In this document: positions 52,797 through 63,609 of the stretch, in pieces | Layout: each line of letters starts with the position of its first letter | Numbering within the stretch: position 1 is the stretch's first letter | Assembly (NCBI GenBank): GCA_049615065.1 | Contig: JBMZEV010000001.1 | Span: 9,195 to 73,194, forward strand | Reading direction: 5' to 3' | From: Porticoccaceae bacterium | GTDB taxonomy: Bacteria > Pseudomonadota > Gammaproteobacteria > Pseudomonadales > Porticoccaceae | DNA length: 64,000 nt | Notes under the pieces: model-generated | The model's database searches: none | Seen by the model: only the letters and a program-made list of their open reading frames with translations | Told to the model about the DNA's origin: nothing | Position numbers and translations under genes: made by a program

Positions 52797-53396
52797 TTGG
52801 CGAGAAAACTATCTGCCCAAAAATCGCCGTTGGTGCGGCTTATTGGCGGTAAATGGCGTAGTAGGCAGCTAAAATTTACTGCTACTAATGGCTTGCGTCC
52901 AACCGGAAGCCGTATTAGGGAAACTCTATTCAACTGGCTGGCATCTTATATAGAGGGTGCTAGATGCCTCGATCTATTTGCCGGCTCGGGAGCCCTGTGT
53001 TTTGAAGCCCTGTCTAGAGGGGCGCAAAACTGTACTGCTCTTGAAAACAATAGGTCTGCCATTGAACATCTAAACGCCAACAAAACTCTGCTCGATGCTA
53101 TTAACCTTGAGGTTATCGCCACAGACACCCGCAATTTTCTAAAGGCTAATACAGCACCCCATCAATATGATGTGGTTTTTTTGGATCCTCCTTTCGAGCA
53201 AAAATTACACGCTGTGATTGCGCAGCTATTAACTGAAGGCAACTGGCTGGCATCAAATGCACTAATATACTGTGAACTGCCGGCAACAGCGCCTCACTTT
53301 ATGCCGCCAAACTGGCAACTTTTGAAAGACAAAACTGCAGGAAACGTGCGCTTTTGCCTTTTTACATACATTGAGCAAAGTGATTTTATTCAGTAA
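52797..53396 (+). CDS. rsmD: 16S rRNA m2G966 methyltransferase
   Basis: LRPT, RETLFNWL, DLFAGSG and DPPF motifs. Confidence 0.95.
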   Translation: MARKLSAQKSPLVRLIGGKWRSRQLKFTATNGLRPTGSRIRETLFNWLASYIEGARCLDLFAGSGALCFEALSRGAQNCTALENNRSAIEHLNANKTLLDAINLEVIATDTRNFLKANTAPHQYDVVFLDPPFEQKLHAVIAQLLTEGNWLASNALIYCELPATAPHFMPPNWQLLKDKTAGNVRFCLFTYIEQSDFIQ

Positions 53397-53423
53397 TATG
53401 CTGACCCTTAATCTAGCAGCTAG

Positions 53424-53918
<495 letters not shown>

Positions 53919-53927
53919 ATTTCAATC

Positions 53928-54734
53928 TTAGCTTTGACATTTGGGGCAAAAAACTGAACTTCGCTGCCCTAGGCGAAGCTCCTTAAGAATAGCTTTACAC
54001 CGATTGCAGGACTCTCCCGCCCTGCCATAAACATCAAGTGATTGCTGAAAGTAGCCCGGCTGGCCTTCACTGTTTACAAAGTCACGCAATGTTGTGCCTC
54101 CCTGAAAAATGGCTGCTGCTAGCACCTGTTTAATATTCTCTGCCAGCAAGCTATAGCGTTTTTTTGAGATATTGCCGGCCGCTCGATCGGGCCTGATACC
54201 ACTGCGAAAAAGGGCCTCAGACGCATAAATATTGCCCACACCCACAACCACTGAATTAGTCATAATAAAGGGCTTAACTGCCATTTTGCGGTTGCGCGAG
54301 TGACTGTACAATCGATCACCATCAAACTCATTAGATAGGGGTTCAGGTCCTAGATTAGCCAATTGTGGATGCTCGGATGACGCCCAAAGCCAGCAACCAA
54401 ATCGACGAGGATCGTGATAACGAAGTGCTTTGTGGTTTGCGAGTTTCATTTCAATATGGTCGTGCTTGCGCCATGGCGTCGATGGATCGACAACTCTCAG
54501 GCTGCCACTCATTCCCAGATGGATTAAAATCGATCCCCTATCTAAATGCAGAATGATATATTTTGCTCGTCGCGTTAACTGCCTTACCCTTTGCCCAGCC
54601 GCTATCTGTTGGATATTATCGGTAACAGGCCAGCGTAAGCTAGGCTGACGAACTGTTAAATCAATGATTTTGTGACCCTTTACATGGGGCGCTACTCCCT
54701 GGAGTGTGGTCTCTACTTCTGGCAATTCAGGCAT
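53928..54734 (-). CDS. mutM: Formamidopyrimidine-DNA glycosylase
   Basis: MPELPEVE N-terminus fixes the start at 54734; HLGMSG, GVGNIYA and C-terminal zinc finger. Confidence 0.97.
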   Translation of the reverse strand: MPELPEVETTLQGVAPHVKGHKIIDLTVRQPSLRWPVTDNIQQIAAGQRVRQLTRRAKYIILHLDRGSILIHLGMSGSLRVVDPSTPWRKHDHIEMKLANHKALRYHDPRRFGCWLWASSEHPQLANLGPEPLSNEFDGDRLYSHSRNRKMAVKPFIMTNSVVVGVGNIYASEALFRSGIRPDRAAGNISKKRYSLLAENIKQVLAAAIFQGGTTLRDFVNSEGQPGYFQQSLDVYGRAGESCNRCKAILKELRLGQRSSVFCPKCQS

Positions 54735-54893
54735 ATTATTAAAAGTCACTGAAAGTGAAATGCTGTGGCTAAGAAGTCTAGAATAGCATATAAAATAAGC
54801 AATCTTCACACAGGAATAACTAGTAATTTTTTTAAATTAAAGTAGAATCCTCAGCAGTATTAAAGACAGACTGATAGGGGCTTGAATAAAAAA

Positions 54894-55298
54894 ATGGCTT
54901 TAGGAAAAAGACGCAAAGGAGAAGATGATTCTCAAATTGATCTAACACCCATGTTGGATGTGGTGTTTATCATGCTTATTTTCTTTATTGTGACTGCTTC
55001 TTTCGTCAATGAAACCGGCCTTAATGTTGATCGTCCACCTACCACAGACCAGCCACCGCCCGACTCGGCAAATACTAATATTGTATTTCGTGTCTCTGAG
55101 AGTAACGAAATTATTCTTGAGGGTCGCAGAATCGATATACGTTCAGTGCGCGCCAATGTCGAGCGCTTACATGCTGAAAAGCCTGAAGCCAAAGTGGTAA
55201 TTAACTCCCATCCTAAAGCTAAAACTGAAATCTTTGTGATGATTTCTGATCAGGCTAGAGAAGCGGGCGTTTACAATATTTCACTCTCTACCGATTAG
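54894..55298 (+). CDS. exbD: Biopolymer transport protein ExbD/TolR family
   Basis: IDLTPMLDVVFIMLIFFIVTASF motif. Confidence 0.9.
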   Translation: MALGKRRKGEDDSQIDLTPMLDVVFIMLIFFIVTASFVNETGLNVDRPPTTDQPPPDSANTNIVFRVSESNEIILEGRRIDIRSVRANVERLHAEKPEAKVVINSHPKAKTEIFVMISDQAREAGVYNISLSTD

Positions 55299-55433
55299 CT
55301 ATTTCGCCCTAGCTGGCAATAAACCTAACTCTATATCAAGCGCCCTAAAGCCTTGCTTTTAAATGTGGCTGTGCGATTATAAGTCTAGAATAACAAAACA
55401 ACTTATAAACATAGCTGTCAATTAGAGCAAAGC

Positions 55434-56381
55434 ATGACCAAGCTAGCTGGTAACTCTGTCTTACACATTAAACAAAGCCTTCCTGCATTTGGCAAGATTA
55501 CCGAGCAGTCACCTCCTTTGGACTGGCTTGAATCCTATTTATCCCTATACAAACTTCCAATTCCAACCAGTGCATTAGATTTTTACTGTGGCGCTATAGA
55601 AGTAAACCAGCAATCTATATTTACTGCCGCTTGGGAGCCCTCTCGTGCCGAGGGTACGGCAATTATTGTGCATGGCTACTTAGATAATTTGGGTCTATTT
55701 GGTCATCTTATAGACTATCTATTGGCGCAAAATTTGACGGTGGTCTGTTTTGACTTGCCTGGCCTTGGCCTTTCTGCGGGAGAGAGCGCCTTTATTGACG
55801 ACTTTTCGGACTACACCTCTGTACTAGACGCCATACTTTCACTTTGTAACCAGCAATTTACTGCGCCCTTTTATGGTTTTGGCCAAAGCACTGGGGGCGC
55901 TATCTTATTAAAGCATTTGCTGGATAATGAGTCTGCTGGCGATTATCCATTCCACTCCCTCAATTTGCTTGCCCCTCTGCTTCACCCAAAAGGATGGTGG
56001 CTTAATCGACATTTTTTGCCATTTGTTAAGCCATTTAGAAAATCATTGAAGCGTCGTTTTGGCCTCAGCTCACACGACGAGAAATTCTTAGCCTTTATTC
56101 GTCAACAGGATGTTTTTCAACCTAAGACTATGCCAATACCCTGGTTTATTGCTGCGGATAAATGGGCTCGAGAGTTTGAAACCTGTAATGGTAGCAACTT
56201 TGCGGTTAATGTGATTCAGGGTACTGGCGATACTACCCTTGACTGGAAATACAATCTTAGGGTGTTTAAGCAAAAACTGCCCAATATGAAAGTAAGTATT
56301 ATTGATGGGGCCTACCATCATATGGCAAATGAAATTTCGGACATCCGGCGGCATATTTTTAATGCCATAGACCTTAGATAA
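55434..56381 (+). CDS. Alpha/beta hydrolase (lysophospholipase-like)
   Basis: VHGYLD, DLPGLG, GQSTGG nucleophile, D-x-T-L and H-H-M-A-N-E motifs. Confidence 0.85.
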   Translation: MTKLAGNSVLHIKQSLPAFGKITEQSPPLDWLESYLSLYKLPIPTSALDFYCGAIEVNQQSIFTAAWEPSRAEGTAIIVHGYLDNLGLFGHLIDYLLAQNLTVVCFDLPGLGLSAGESAFIDDFSDYTSVLDAILSLCNQQFTAPFYGFGQSTGGAILLKHLLDNESAGDYPFHSLNLLAPLLHPKGWWLNRHFLPFVKPFRKSLKRRFGLSSHDEKFLAFIRQQDVFQPKTMPIPWFIAADKWAREFETCNGSNFAVNVIQGTGDTTLDWKYNLRVFKQKLPNMKVSIIDGAYHHMANEISDIRRHIFNAIDLR

Positions 56382-56391
56382 CAGATATCTT

Positions 56392-57765
56392 CTAGCGTCC
56401 GTATACCAGCTCCGGCAACCATGTTGCTATCTGCGGCCAAATTGCCAACATTATCATTAATACGAGCTGCATAAAGATAAATGGGATTACCCCGCGATAC
56501 ATAGCTGTAGTTTCCACTGTCGCAGGAGCTACGCCACGCAAATAAAATAACGCAAAGCCAAAGGGAGGGGTCAAAAATGAGGTTTGTAAATTAATCGCTA
56601 TCATCACCCCAAGCCAAATGGGATCAAGCCCCATGGCTAAAAGAACTGGGCCGACAATGGGCACTACTACAAAGGTAATCTCAATAAAATCAAGTATAAA
56701 GCCCAATAAGAAAATAACTAGCATCACCAAAATAGTGGCAGAGACAACGCCGCCAGGAAGGCTGGCAAAAAATTGCTCAACAATTTCTTCGCCGCCAAAC
56801 CCGCGAAATACCAGAGAAAATACCGCTGCACCCATTAAAATCAAAAATACCATTGAGGTGACCTGTGCCGTACCCTGAGCTACTTCTCGCAATCGAGACA
56901 GGTTTAAGCGGCCCTTGAATGCAGCCAATACAATAGCACCAAATGCACCTACTCCGGCCGCCTCTGTGGGCGTGGCTGCACCGGCAAGGATTGATCCCAA
57001 CACAGCAATAATCAAGCACACCGGCGGCAGTAAATCCTGCAGTAGCTTTAAAAATTGAGCTTTATCATGACTGCTTGTTTTAGTCTGCGGGATTTCCAGT
57101 TTAGGCCGCGCCATTAAAACTACATAGCTAATATAAAAAATAACCAGTATTAATCCTGGAATAATCGCACCCACAAATAGGTCGCCAATGGATACAGTTT
57201 TTGGCGTGAAGATCCCCATATTTAACTGCGCCTGCTGATAGGCACTGGACAGGGTATCACCCAACAAAACTAGGGCTATAGAGGGCGGAATAATTTGCCC
57301 GAGGGTTCCTGTGGCAGCAATAATGCCTGTGGCCTGAGAGGATGAATAGCCCCTATTCAACATAGTTGGCAATGACATAAGACCCATAGTCACCACAGTG
57401 GCACCAACAATACCGGTGCTGGCTGCCAACAGAGCACCAACCAAAACTACCGAAACACCTAAGCCACTGCGAAATCTGCCAAATAAGGCAGCCATACTCC
57501 CCAATAAATCTTCTGCTAAGCGGGATTTTTCTAGCATAATGCCCATAAGAACAAACAGCGGCACCGCAATCAGGGTGCCATTTTGCATTATGCCAAACAG
57601 ACGATTGGGCAAAGCCTGTAAATATGCTGGATCAAAATGCCCCGCGAACATACCGGCAAAAGCAAATAACAAGGCTATGCCGGCTAGGGAAAATGCCACA
57701 GGGTAGCCTGCCATCAAAACCGCGCAAACGGTTAAAAACATAATAAAGGGAATCCATTCAGCCAT
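56392..57765 (-). CDS. TRAP transporter large permease DctM
   Basis: GTLGQIIPPS, ATPTEAAG and SFLTPPFGFALFYL motifs. Confidence 0.93.
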   Translation of the reverse strand: MAEWIPFIMFLTVCAVLMAGYPVAFSLAGIALLFAFAGMFAGHFDPAYLQALPNRLFGIMQNGTLIAVPLFVLMGIMLEKSRLAEDLLGSMAALFGRFRSGLGVSVVLVGALLAASTGIVGATVVTMGLMSLPTMLNRGYSSSQATGIIAATGTLGQIIPPSIALVLLGDTLSSAYQQAQLNMGIFTPKTVSIGDLFVGAIIPGLILVIFYISYVVLMARPKLEIPQTKTSSHDKAQFLKLLQDLLPPVCLIIAVLGSILAGAATPTEAAGVGAFGAIVLAAFKGRLNLSRLREVAQGTAQVTSMVFLILMGAAVFSLVFRGFGGEEIVEQFFASLPGGVVSATILVMLVIFLLGFILDFIEITFVVVPIVGPVLLAMGLDPIWLGVMIAINLQTSFLTPPFGFALFYLRGVAPATVETTAMYRGVIPFIFMQLVLMIMLAIWPQIATWLPELVYGR

Positions 57766-58301
57766 TAATTTGCTCCCTCAGTGGCTGTGCTAATTTTCGC
57801 TTTTTTTAGTACTGCAATACTTTCTATAATTTGCGCTACACCCTGTAATCCCAGAGTAACTGGCATAATAACCATTAGGGTTTTTAGCAGGTACACCGCC
57901 GCTATGCCGCCAGTTTCAGATGAGGTCTCTTTAATTGACCAGCTGGCCATAACATAGTCCCAGCTACCCAATAGAATTAAGCCGCAAAAAGGTAAAAGAA
58001 ATAAAGTCGCACCGATCAGATCAATTAATGCCTTGCGCCGTGGTGAAAATTCACGGTAAAAAATATCTACCCGAACATGGCCGCCACGCTGCAGTGTAAA
58101 AGCCAAGCCAAGCATAAAGATAATGGCGTGAACATAGCTTACGGACTCTTGAATAGCGATTGAACCAATGCCCAATAAATATCGGGATAGCACCACTGTG
58201 ATAACTAGCGCAACCAACAGTAGGGTTAACCATGAAATCATTTGTCCAACTCTATCATTTAGTTGGTTAATGCACTTTGCAATTTTTAATAATAAGCTCA
58301 T
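57765..58301 (-). CDS. TRAP transporter small permease DctQ
   Basis: 4 TM segments; HVRVDIFY motif; overlaps the dctM start. Confidence 0.92.
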   Translation of the reverse strand: MSLLLKIAKCINQLNDRVGQMISWLTLLLVALVITVVLSRYLLGIGSIAIQESVSYVHAIIFMLGLAFTLQRGGHVRVDIFYREFSPRRKALIDLIGATLFLLPFCGLILLGSWDYVMASWSIKETSSETGGIAAVYLLKTLMVIMPVTLGLQGVAQIIESIAVLKKAKISTATEGAN

Positions 58302-58476
58302 TTGCCTATTCTACCTGATAATTTTTAATCTGCTGTAGCTTAGGTAAATTCATTTTAAATTTTTTATGCGATTAGCTTAAAATAGCGGTCTATTTTTAAA
58401 TAAGACCAAAAATAACTTTTTGCAGTAATATAGATAGCGATACTTATACAGAAATCTCAACAGGGCGATTATCCAT

Positions 58477-59253
58477 ATGATGCTGACTATTATTTCTCCA
58501 GCTAAAAAATTAGATTACAGCCAGCTTTCAGAGGATCGGGCACACACTCAGCCACTTCTTCTAGAGCACTCTGAACAGCTTTTAAAAGACTTGCGACTGT
58601 TGTCGCCAAAAGATATCTGCTCACTAATGGGCCTAAGTGACAAGCTGGGAGCGCTAAATTATGAACGCTTTCAAGAGTGGCAGACGCCATTTTCTACCGA
58701 TAATGCCAAGCAAGCAATCCTTGCCTTTAAAGGTGATGTGTATCAGGGATTAGATGCTGATAATATGAATGCCGATGAACTGAACTGGGCGCAAGATAAT
58801 TTGCGTATTTTGTCCGGACTTTACGGGCTGCTGCGCCCTCTTGATTTAATGCAACCCTACCGTCTTGAAATGGGCACTAAATTTGCCAACCAGCGCGGCG
58901 CAAATCTCTATCAATTTTGGGGTGATATTATTACCAATCAGCTCAATAAGCTGCTTTCAGCTTCACCTAAGTCTGTGTTAATTAATTTGGCATCCAATGA
59001 ATACTTTAAATCTGTTCAAGCAAATAATCTTAACGCAGAAATTATCACACCGGTATTTATGGATCAAAAAGGCGATAAATATAAGATTATTAGTTTCTTT
59101 GCCAAGCGTGCGCGTGGACTGATGAGTGCATTTATTATTAAAAATAAAATCACTGACGCACAGCAATTAAAAACCTTCAATGTCGATGGCTACAGTTTTA
59201 ATTCCGCTATGAGTGACGGCAACAAGTGGGTATTTTGCCGAGCTGAATCCTAG
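58477..59253 (+). CDS. yaaA: Peroxide stress protein YaaA
   Basis: ISPAKKLD, LSGLYGLLRPLD, YRLEMG and NLASNEY motifs. Confidence 0.96.
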   Translation: MMLTIISPAKKLDYSQLSEDRAHTQPLLLEHSEQLLKDLRLLSPKDICSLMGLSDKLGALNYERFQEWQTPFSTDNAKQAILAFKGDVYQGLDADNMNADELNWAQDNLRILSGLYGLLRPLDLMQPYRLEMGTKFANQRGANLYQFWGDIITNQLNKLLSASPKSVLINLASNEYFKSVQANNLNAEIITPVFMDQKGDKYKIISFFAKRARGLMSAFIIKNKITDAQQLKTFNVDGYSFNSAMSDGNKWVFCRAES

Positions 59254-60122
59254 TGTTGCAAGCTGAAGTCTAAAGCCAGAGCGAGAAATATTGCCATGCC
59301 CACGCGATGGTTATTTAAGAATGCCTTAAAACAGCCCTCGGTTTGACGCGTTCGCGCCAGCAGATGCTGTGAAATAAAATAGCCCGCAGCAATAATTAAG
59401 CCCAAGCTATAAATCCAGCCGCGTTGAAAATAACTGCCCGCTAGGGTCAAGAGAATCAGCGCCAATATTTGCAAAATAGCAATAATCAAAAGGTCTTGTT
59501 TGCCAAACAATATCGCTGTCGATTTAATCCCTATGGTTAAATCATCTTCACGATCAACCATTGCATAATAGGTATCAAAAGCTATGGTCCACAGCACAAT
59601 AGCTGCAGAAATTAACCATAGTCCCGCTGGCAGTGCTTGCTGTTCCGCGGCAAATGCCATGGGTACCGCCCAAGCCCAAGCAATACCTAAACCCAGCTGC
59701 GGCAAATTGGTCAATCGCTTTAAAAATGGATATACAACCGCTAAAAGCAAACCGATTATGGCAAGCATAATCGTCAGCGGGTTAGTTTGTAACACCAGTA
59801 TTAATGCGCCAACGAGTAGTACTAAAAAAAGCACTAATGCCTGTTTTGGGGCAATTTCGCCAGCGGGGATGGGTCTACTTTTCGTTCTCTCTACACTACC
59901 ATCCACATCGCGATCCGCATAATCATTGATAACACAGCCCGCGGCTCGCATAACTAAAACCCCAAGGGTAAATACTATAAAATTTTTTAATGTTGGCTGA
60001 CCATTGGATGCAAACCATAGCCCCCAATAGGTTGGCCATAGTAAAAGATAGATGCCAATAGGCTTATCAAAACGCATTAGCCGCACCCATGGATTGCTCC
60101 AAAAGGCGTCTGTATATTTCAT
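59250..60122 (-). CDS. ubiA: 4-hydroxybenzoate polyprenyltransferase
   Basis: RFDKPIG, INDYADRDVD and YAMVDREDD motifs. Confidence 0.96.
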   Translation of the reverse strand: MKYTDAFWSNPWVRLMRFDKPIGIYLLLWPTYWGLWFASNGQPTLKNFIVFTLGVLVMRAAGCVINDYADRDVDGSVERTKSRPIPAGEIAPKQALVLFLVLLVGALILVLQTNPLTIMLAIIGLLLAVVYPFLKRLTNLPQLGLGIAWAWAVPMAFAAEQQALPAGLWLISAAIVLWTIAFDTYYAMVDREDDLTIGIKSTAILFGKQDLLIIAILQILALILLTLAGSYFQRGWIYSLGLIIAAGYFISQHLLARTRQTEGCFKAFLNNHRVGMAIFLALALDFSLQH

Positions 60123-60145
60123 ATGTATCTCACTAGCTTTTTAAC

Positions 60146-60712
60146 CTAATTATAGGGATTGAAGTCTGGCAAGAAAACTTCAGCCACTAGTAGCGGTTTA
60201 TTATCTAACCTAAAAACCGATCGCCTGCCCCAACTTGATTGATTGGTATTTGTCGCCGAGTCCGGAAGTAATGGGCTACCTGAGAAAAAGCGCGCGAATT
60301 GAACGGGCTCGCGGCGCATACTTGGATCTTTAAATAACAGCTCACCCAGCGGCTGATCGCTCAACTGTCTGAGCTTCCTTAACCTGCCCGTCAGAGTTGT
60401 CAGTGGCAATATACTGCGAGCAAATACCCAGGGTTGCGCATTTCCATACAGCACTACCTCCCTAACCATGGCTGTTCGTCTATCACCCAAACCCAATAAC
60501 TGCCTTTCTGAAAACCTGGGAACCTCTAGGCTCTGTTTTAGAACACTAACCGATAAGTTGCCATCGCTGGCATTCATTAAGCGCTCGGTTAAGGATCCAG
60601 AATCTGCGAGCCAATCTCGCCATATTTTTGGCACTCTGCTATCTGCCTTTGACAGCATAGAGCGCCAATCGGGCTCGGCAGCATTTAAATCATGAAATCG
60701 TTGTGGTAGCAA
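60146..60712 (-). CDS. ubiC: Chorismate pyruvate-lyase
   Basis: GSLTERL, VREVVL, PLGELLF, WGRRS and EVFLP motifs. Confidence 0.92.
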   Translation of the reverse strand: MLPQRFHDLNAAEPDWRSMLSKADSRVPKIWRDWLADSGSLTERLMNASDGNLSVSVLKQSLEVPRFSERQLLGLGDRRTAMVREVVLYGNAQPWVFARSILPLTTLTGRLRKLRQLSDQPLGELLFKDPSMRREPVQFARFFSGSPLLPDSATNTNQSSWGRRSVFRLDNKPLLVAEVFLPDFNPYN

Positions 60713-60724
60713 AACTCTCTTTCT

Positions 60725-61600
60725 CTATGTATAAATTTTCGGCGCACCCTCAGGCTGGGCGCGAAAACGTTTATATTCCCATTGATACTGTTCTGGAGCT
60801 AGCGCTGCAATGGATTCAACACCCGCATTCATAGCCTGGAGACTTGTAGCTTGATCGGCACTGTAAATAGACTGAGCTGCCGGTGCGAAATGCAATCGCC
60901 ACCCCCCTGCCTCACGCAGGGCGCTACAAAAAATAGCCTGAGCATTAGAACGATTTAATAAATTATGGGTGAGGGTCATTGTCAGCGCCTGCACCCCAAA
61001 CAGAGGAGCAAAATCACCACCGGATTTAAGCGGTTGCTGATCCGGTAAAATAGCCACAGTTTCAGCTTTTTTTAGCGCTTTCAGTAGTGCCGCTACACCG
61101 CTGATATTGGTTGGCACTAAATGCGCCCCGGCTTTTTCACGAGAATGCTTAATCCACTGATCAAGTGCTGGCAACTTAGGGGGCTGATACAATGAAGTCA
61201 TTGCAGTTTGGGCAGAAATCCACAGCCCAATAACTTCCCAATTACCTTGGTGGGGGATCAATAAAATAGTTCCCCTATCATTGTCTAACGCCTCACGCAG
61301 ACAGCTTTCGCCTTCAACAGCAATAATTTTGCTTTGCAACCAACTTGATGATCTACGCCACAATACCGGGGTTTCAAAAAAAGCCTGGCCTAAATGACAC
61401 ATTCTATTTTTTGCTAGTTGCTTATTCGCCTGCGGTGATCGCTGGGGATAGCAAAGGGATAGATTGCGCTGGCTAATGTTAAAGGACTTAGCCCTGACGG
61501 CCACCATTAAAAAACCCATAGCTTTGCCTAACAATCTCGCCGCACTCAGAGGTAGCAGCGAGATAATTTTCATTAGACCAAGCGCTAAGGCTGACTTCAT
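60725..61600 (-). CDS. Lipid A late acyltransferase (LpxL/HtrB family)
   Basis: PHQGNWE, LPDQ and PEQYQWEYKRFR motifs. Confidence 0.88.
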   Translation of the reverse strand: MKSALALGLMKIISLLPLSAARLLGKAMGFLMVAVRAKSFNISQRNLSLCYPQRSPQANKQLAKNRMCHLGQAFFETPVLWRRSSSWLQSKIIAVEGESCLREALDNDRGTILLIPHQGNWEVIGLWISAQTAMTSLYQPPKLPALDQWIKHSREKAGAHLVPTNISGVAALLKALKKAETVAILPDQQPLKSGGDFAPLFGVQALTMTLTHNLLNRSNAQAIFCSALREAGGWRLHFAPAAQSIYSADQATSLQAMNAGVESIAALAPEQYQWEYKRFRAQPEGAPKIYT

Positions 61601-62493
61601 AGTTTAGTAGGCAGCTCATTCGCTAGGTATTGTCGCAGCTCATCGCCAATCTCGCTGTGCTCTAGGCCCAATTCAATATTAGCTTTGAGAAGGCCCATTT
61701 TACTACCACAGTCATAGCGAATGCCCTGATATTCATAGGCCAACACCTGCTCTGCTTTTAATAGTGTTTGAATGGCATCAGTAAGTTGTAACTCGCCGCC
61801 GGCACCAGGTTTTAGTTTAGCCAAGTGCTCAAAGATTTGTGGTGTGAATACATAGCGACCGGTAACACCCATATCGGAGGGTGCATCTTCAAATGCTGGT
61901 TTTTCAACAATATTATCAATTAGATGGACATGATCAGACTGCTTATTGCCGCTAATCACCCCATAGGAAGATATTTCTGGGCCTTCAACCTTCTGCACCG
62001 CAATGACAGAGCTTTTATAATAATCAAACACCTCCACCATTTGCTTGACGGCACCCTTTTTATGGTGAATCAGGTCATCGGCTAAAATAACCGCAAAGGG
62101 TTCATCGCCAACCAAATGTGAGGTAACTGCTACCGCATGCCCAAGCCCCAAGGCTTCATTTTGTCGGATATAGGTACAGCTTACGCCTTTGGGAACAACA
62201 TTTTGTGCGATGTCTAATAACTTCTTTTTGCCTCTCTGTTCCAGCTGATGCTCCAGCTCATAGGCCTTATCGAAATGATCAGCAATGCTACGCTTGGTAC
62301 GGCCAGTGACAAAAATCATTTCGGTAATGCCCGCTTCAACCGCTTCTTCTACAGCATACTGGATTAATGGTTTATCAACTACAGGCATCATTTCTTTTGG
62401 ATTAGCTTTCGTTGCCGGCAAAAATCGCGATCCCATTCCCGCAACCGGGAATACTGCTTTGCGAACCTTATCGCCGCGTTTGATATGTTTCAT
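61597..62493 (-). CDS. galU: UTP-glucose-1-phosphate uridylyltransferase
   Basis: PVAGMGSRFLPATKANPKEM, LGLGHAV, VEKP and GELQLTDA motifs. Confidence 0.97.
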   Translation of the reverse strand: MKHIKRGDKVRKAVFPVAGMGSRFLPATKANPKEMMPVVDKPLIQYAVEEAVEAGITEMIFVTGRTKRSIADHFDKAYELEHQLEQRGKKKLLDIAQNVVPKGVSCTYIRQNEALGLGHAVAVTSHLVGDEPFAVILADDLIHHKKGAVKQMVEVFDYYKSSVIAVQKVEGPEISSYGVISGNKQSDHVHLIDNIVEKPAFEDAPSDMGVTGRYVFTPQIFEHLAKLKPGAGGELQLTDAIQTLLKAEQVLAYEYQGIRYDCGSKMGLLKANIELGLEHSEIGDELRQYLANELPTKL

Positions 62494-62670
62494 TTAAAAC
62501 TCCATCGAGACAAATTTATGCATATTAACAACATTATATATTGATCTAAGCCTTTAAGGGGCTCAAATTATCAGTTTTAAAGCTTTTTTGCCCCTATCTT
62601 TATCAGTCTGCACGTTTATAATTGCGCTCTTATAGATGAAGTTAACAATTTGGTGATTTTTGTGGGAAAT

Positions 62671-63609
62671 ATGACGGCTGCTCCTCAAACCTTTCAGGAG
62701 CTTATTGCGACACTACAGGACTTTTGGGCCAAACAGGGCTGTGTAATTATGCAACCACTGGATATGGAAGTGGGGGCTGGAACCTTTCATCCGGCGACTT
62801 TCCTGCGTTCCATTGGGCCTGAAGTTTGGAATTGCGCCTATGTTCAGCCTTCGCGCCGACCAACTGATGGGCGTTATGGCGAAAACCCAAATCGTCTACA
62901 GCACTATTACCAGTTTCAAGTAGCGCTCAAGCCATCGCCAGATAATATTCAGGATATTTATCTGGATTCGTTGCGTCACTTGGGTATAGATACGGCTATT
63001 CATGACATAAGATTTGTTGAGGATAACTGGGAATCACCTACCCTTGGGGCCTGGGGTCTGGGCTGGGAAGTTTGGTTAAACGGCATGGAAGTCACCCAAT
63101 TTACCTACTTTCAACAGGTAGGTGGTATTGAATGCTACCCAGTGACGGGTGAAATAACCTATGGCCTTGAGCGTATTGCTATGTATCTTCAAGGGGTCGA
63201 CAGTATTTATGATCTGGTATGGTCAAAAGGGCCTGCTGGCACCGTAACCTATGGCGATGTTTTCCTGCAAAATGAGCGCGAATTATCCGCCTTTAACTTT
63301 GAACATGCGGATACGGATTTCTTATTTAAAGCCTTTGATCAATACGAAAAAGATGGCGAGCATCTGATCGATCAAAAGCTTCCACTACCAGCCTATGAGA
63401 TGGTGATGAAAGCCTCACATACCTTTAATTTATTGGATGCACGCAAAGCAATTTCAGTGACCGAGCGTCAACGCTATATTTTACGCGTTAGAACCCTTGC
63501 TCGCGGTGTAGCCCAAAGTTATTTTAATTCTCGACTTGAAGCCGGCTTCCCTCTAGCGGATAAAGTTATTGCCAAAGAAGTTATAGCCAAACATCAGGGA
63601 GAGTCATAA
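62671..63609 (+). CDS. glyQ: Glycine-tRNA ligase alpha subunit
   Basis: [24 protein letters not shown] and [10 protein letters not shown] motifs. Confidence 0.98.
   Translation: MTAAPQTFQELIATLQDFWAKQGCVIMQPLDMEVGAGTFHPATFLRSIGPEVWNCAYVQPSRRPTDGRYGENPNRLQHYYQFQVALKPSPDNIQDIYLDSLRHLGIDTAIHDIRFVEDNWESPTLGAWGLGWEVWLNGMEVTQFTYFQQVGGIECYPVTGEITYGLERIAMYLQGVDSIYDLVWSKGPAGTVTYGDVFLQNERELSAFNFEHADTDFLFKAFDQYEKDGEHLIDQKLPLPAYEMVMKASHTFNLLDARKAISVTERQRYILRVRTLARGVAQSYFNSRLEAGFPLADKVIAKEVIAKHQGES

Noticed and set aside
54874-54884. AGGGGcTTG upstream of exbD as a target of the sRNA seed
   Set aside because: Too short and mismatched to distinguish from a generic SD match.
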